From the IMG/VR virus record IMGVR_UViG_2558860288_000003, positions 1 through 16,123 of that record: a DNA stretch of 16,123 nucleotides, one strand, 5' to 3'. This DNA comes from a virus. Taxonomy: Duplodnaviria; Heunggongvirae; Uroviricota; Caudoviricetes. How positions within the stretch are numbered: position 1 is the stretch's first letter; each line of letters begins with the position of its first letter. The notes beneath the pieces were generated by a model. It was not told the origin of the DNA and did no database searches. It saw only the letters and a program-made list of their open reading frames with translations. The position numbers and the translations under genes were made by a program. Shown here piece by piece: positions 15,066 to 16,123 of the stretch.

Positions 15066-16123
15066 TGAAAAAAAAGCTCACATTAATCATTACCTACGCA
15101 ATCATTACTATCTTAATTGCCTTAGCATTGATATACACTAATCGTCCAAGAGTTTTTATCTTCTTTAGTGTAGCTTATATACTTGGATTGATACTTATGT
15201 TCTATTGCTTCAATTGGCTTAAACTAAATGAGAAAAATCTATTAAAACAACCATTATTCATAGCATCTATTATCGTACCGTTAAAAATGTTTGTTTTGTA
15301 TGGCCTCTGGGCTTGGAAAGGCCACGATTTAAATTTCACATCAGACGGTTTTAATCACTTTCTTGACATCTCTAAATTGCCATTATTTATTTTAGCTTCT
15401 TCGGTACCTCTTGCAGCAATCGTCAACAATATACATAGAACCACACAAACAGAGAACCAAATAGAAAAAACACAAAAGCAAATCAATCTTGTTATTGAAA
15501 AAAACACCACTGATTCATATTACTCACATCTGAAAAGCTTCGCTGACATATTCCAAACACTACCAACATTTAAATTATCAAGATTAAATAAAGAAACTAG
15601 TGATATAGACAGTATTGAACTATCTGTAGTTCATCCGTACACTCTTTATAAAAATATTTTCAAATCATCTTCCATTGATAATGGCTATAGCACCGTTGTC
15701 GAAGAAGATTTTATTCGAAAAACAACAAATCATTATAACAACATAAACAAATCGCTTAAGTCCAACAACAAAAATCATGACGACCAATTAGTTAGCCTAC
15801 AACTCATAGAATCAAACATAATTCAACTTTGCAGACTACTTGGAATTGATTATAAATACCAAGAACATCTTTTCTCAATAATTCTTGAACATCCAAAACC
15901 AGATACGGAAGCCATAAGCATCTCATTCAATGATGAAAAACAACTAAAGCAAATGCTTTGGGGACTAAGAAATATTCTCATTGAGTTATATGTTTTAATC
16001 GACAAGGACCCCTCTATCTTCCAAACAGGTAAAAGCAATGGTGATTACATACCTGAGTACGCACTATATGACGAAAAACTCTTTACAAGCATTTTACCTA
16101 TATCAAATGACCAGCGCATTTAA
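15066..16123 (+). CDS. AT-rich uncharacterised membrane protein (four predicted N-terminal TM helices plus a soluble domain of about 220 aa)
   Basis: Complete ORF of 352 aa from the ATG at 15066 (alternative ATG at 15023 overlaps the int 3' end); it ends in TAA at the window edge. Four hydrophobic segments (LTLIITYAIITILIALALIY, VFIFFSVAYILGLILMFYCF, LFIASIIVPLKMFVLYGLWAW, LPLFILASSVPLAAIV) precede a hydrophilic Asn/Lys-rich domain. Codon usage is very AT-rich. Confidence 0.6.

Noticed and set aside
1-16123. CRISPR arrays, tRNA/tmRNA or rRNA genes, and IS elements
   Set aside because: No regularly spaced direct repeats, no cloverleaf-like conserved tRNA segments near the integrase end, and no transposase-like ORF or terminal inverted repeats were seen. 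A tRNA attachment target may lie just beyond the right edge.

Overview
This window is the packaging-to-integrase portion of an integrated 186-type (P2-family) temperate prophage, read in reverse orientation relative to the usual P2 map. Left to right: the 5' part of a gpM-like small terminase gene (-), a start-less capsid C-terminal remnant (-), a terminase ATPase gene that appears N-terminally truncated (+), and the portal gene (+). Next comes about 4.4 kb of cos-proximal cargo, then an SOS-controlled tum/DinI-like operon behind a near-consensus LexA box, replication gene A, a Dam methylase, a chain of small translationally coupled early genes, cII, apl/cox, cI and a tyrosine integrase. An AT-rich membrane-protein gene follows the integrase. 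The cargo holds the main candidate for a new system: a strongly AT-rich, unrecognised gene of about 557 codons, split by a 1-nt frameshift in a T7 run, lying between a cos-like motif and the portal gene. The cargo also contains a LysR regulator and a quinone-oxidoreductase-like gene. The apparent loss of the scaffold gene, most of the capsid gene and the terminase 5' end suggests the prophage is defective. All calls rest on reading the sequence and on remembered family features; no searches were run, and start codons were refined from the ORF track, which counts TTG/GTG as starts.
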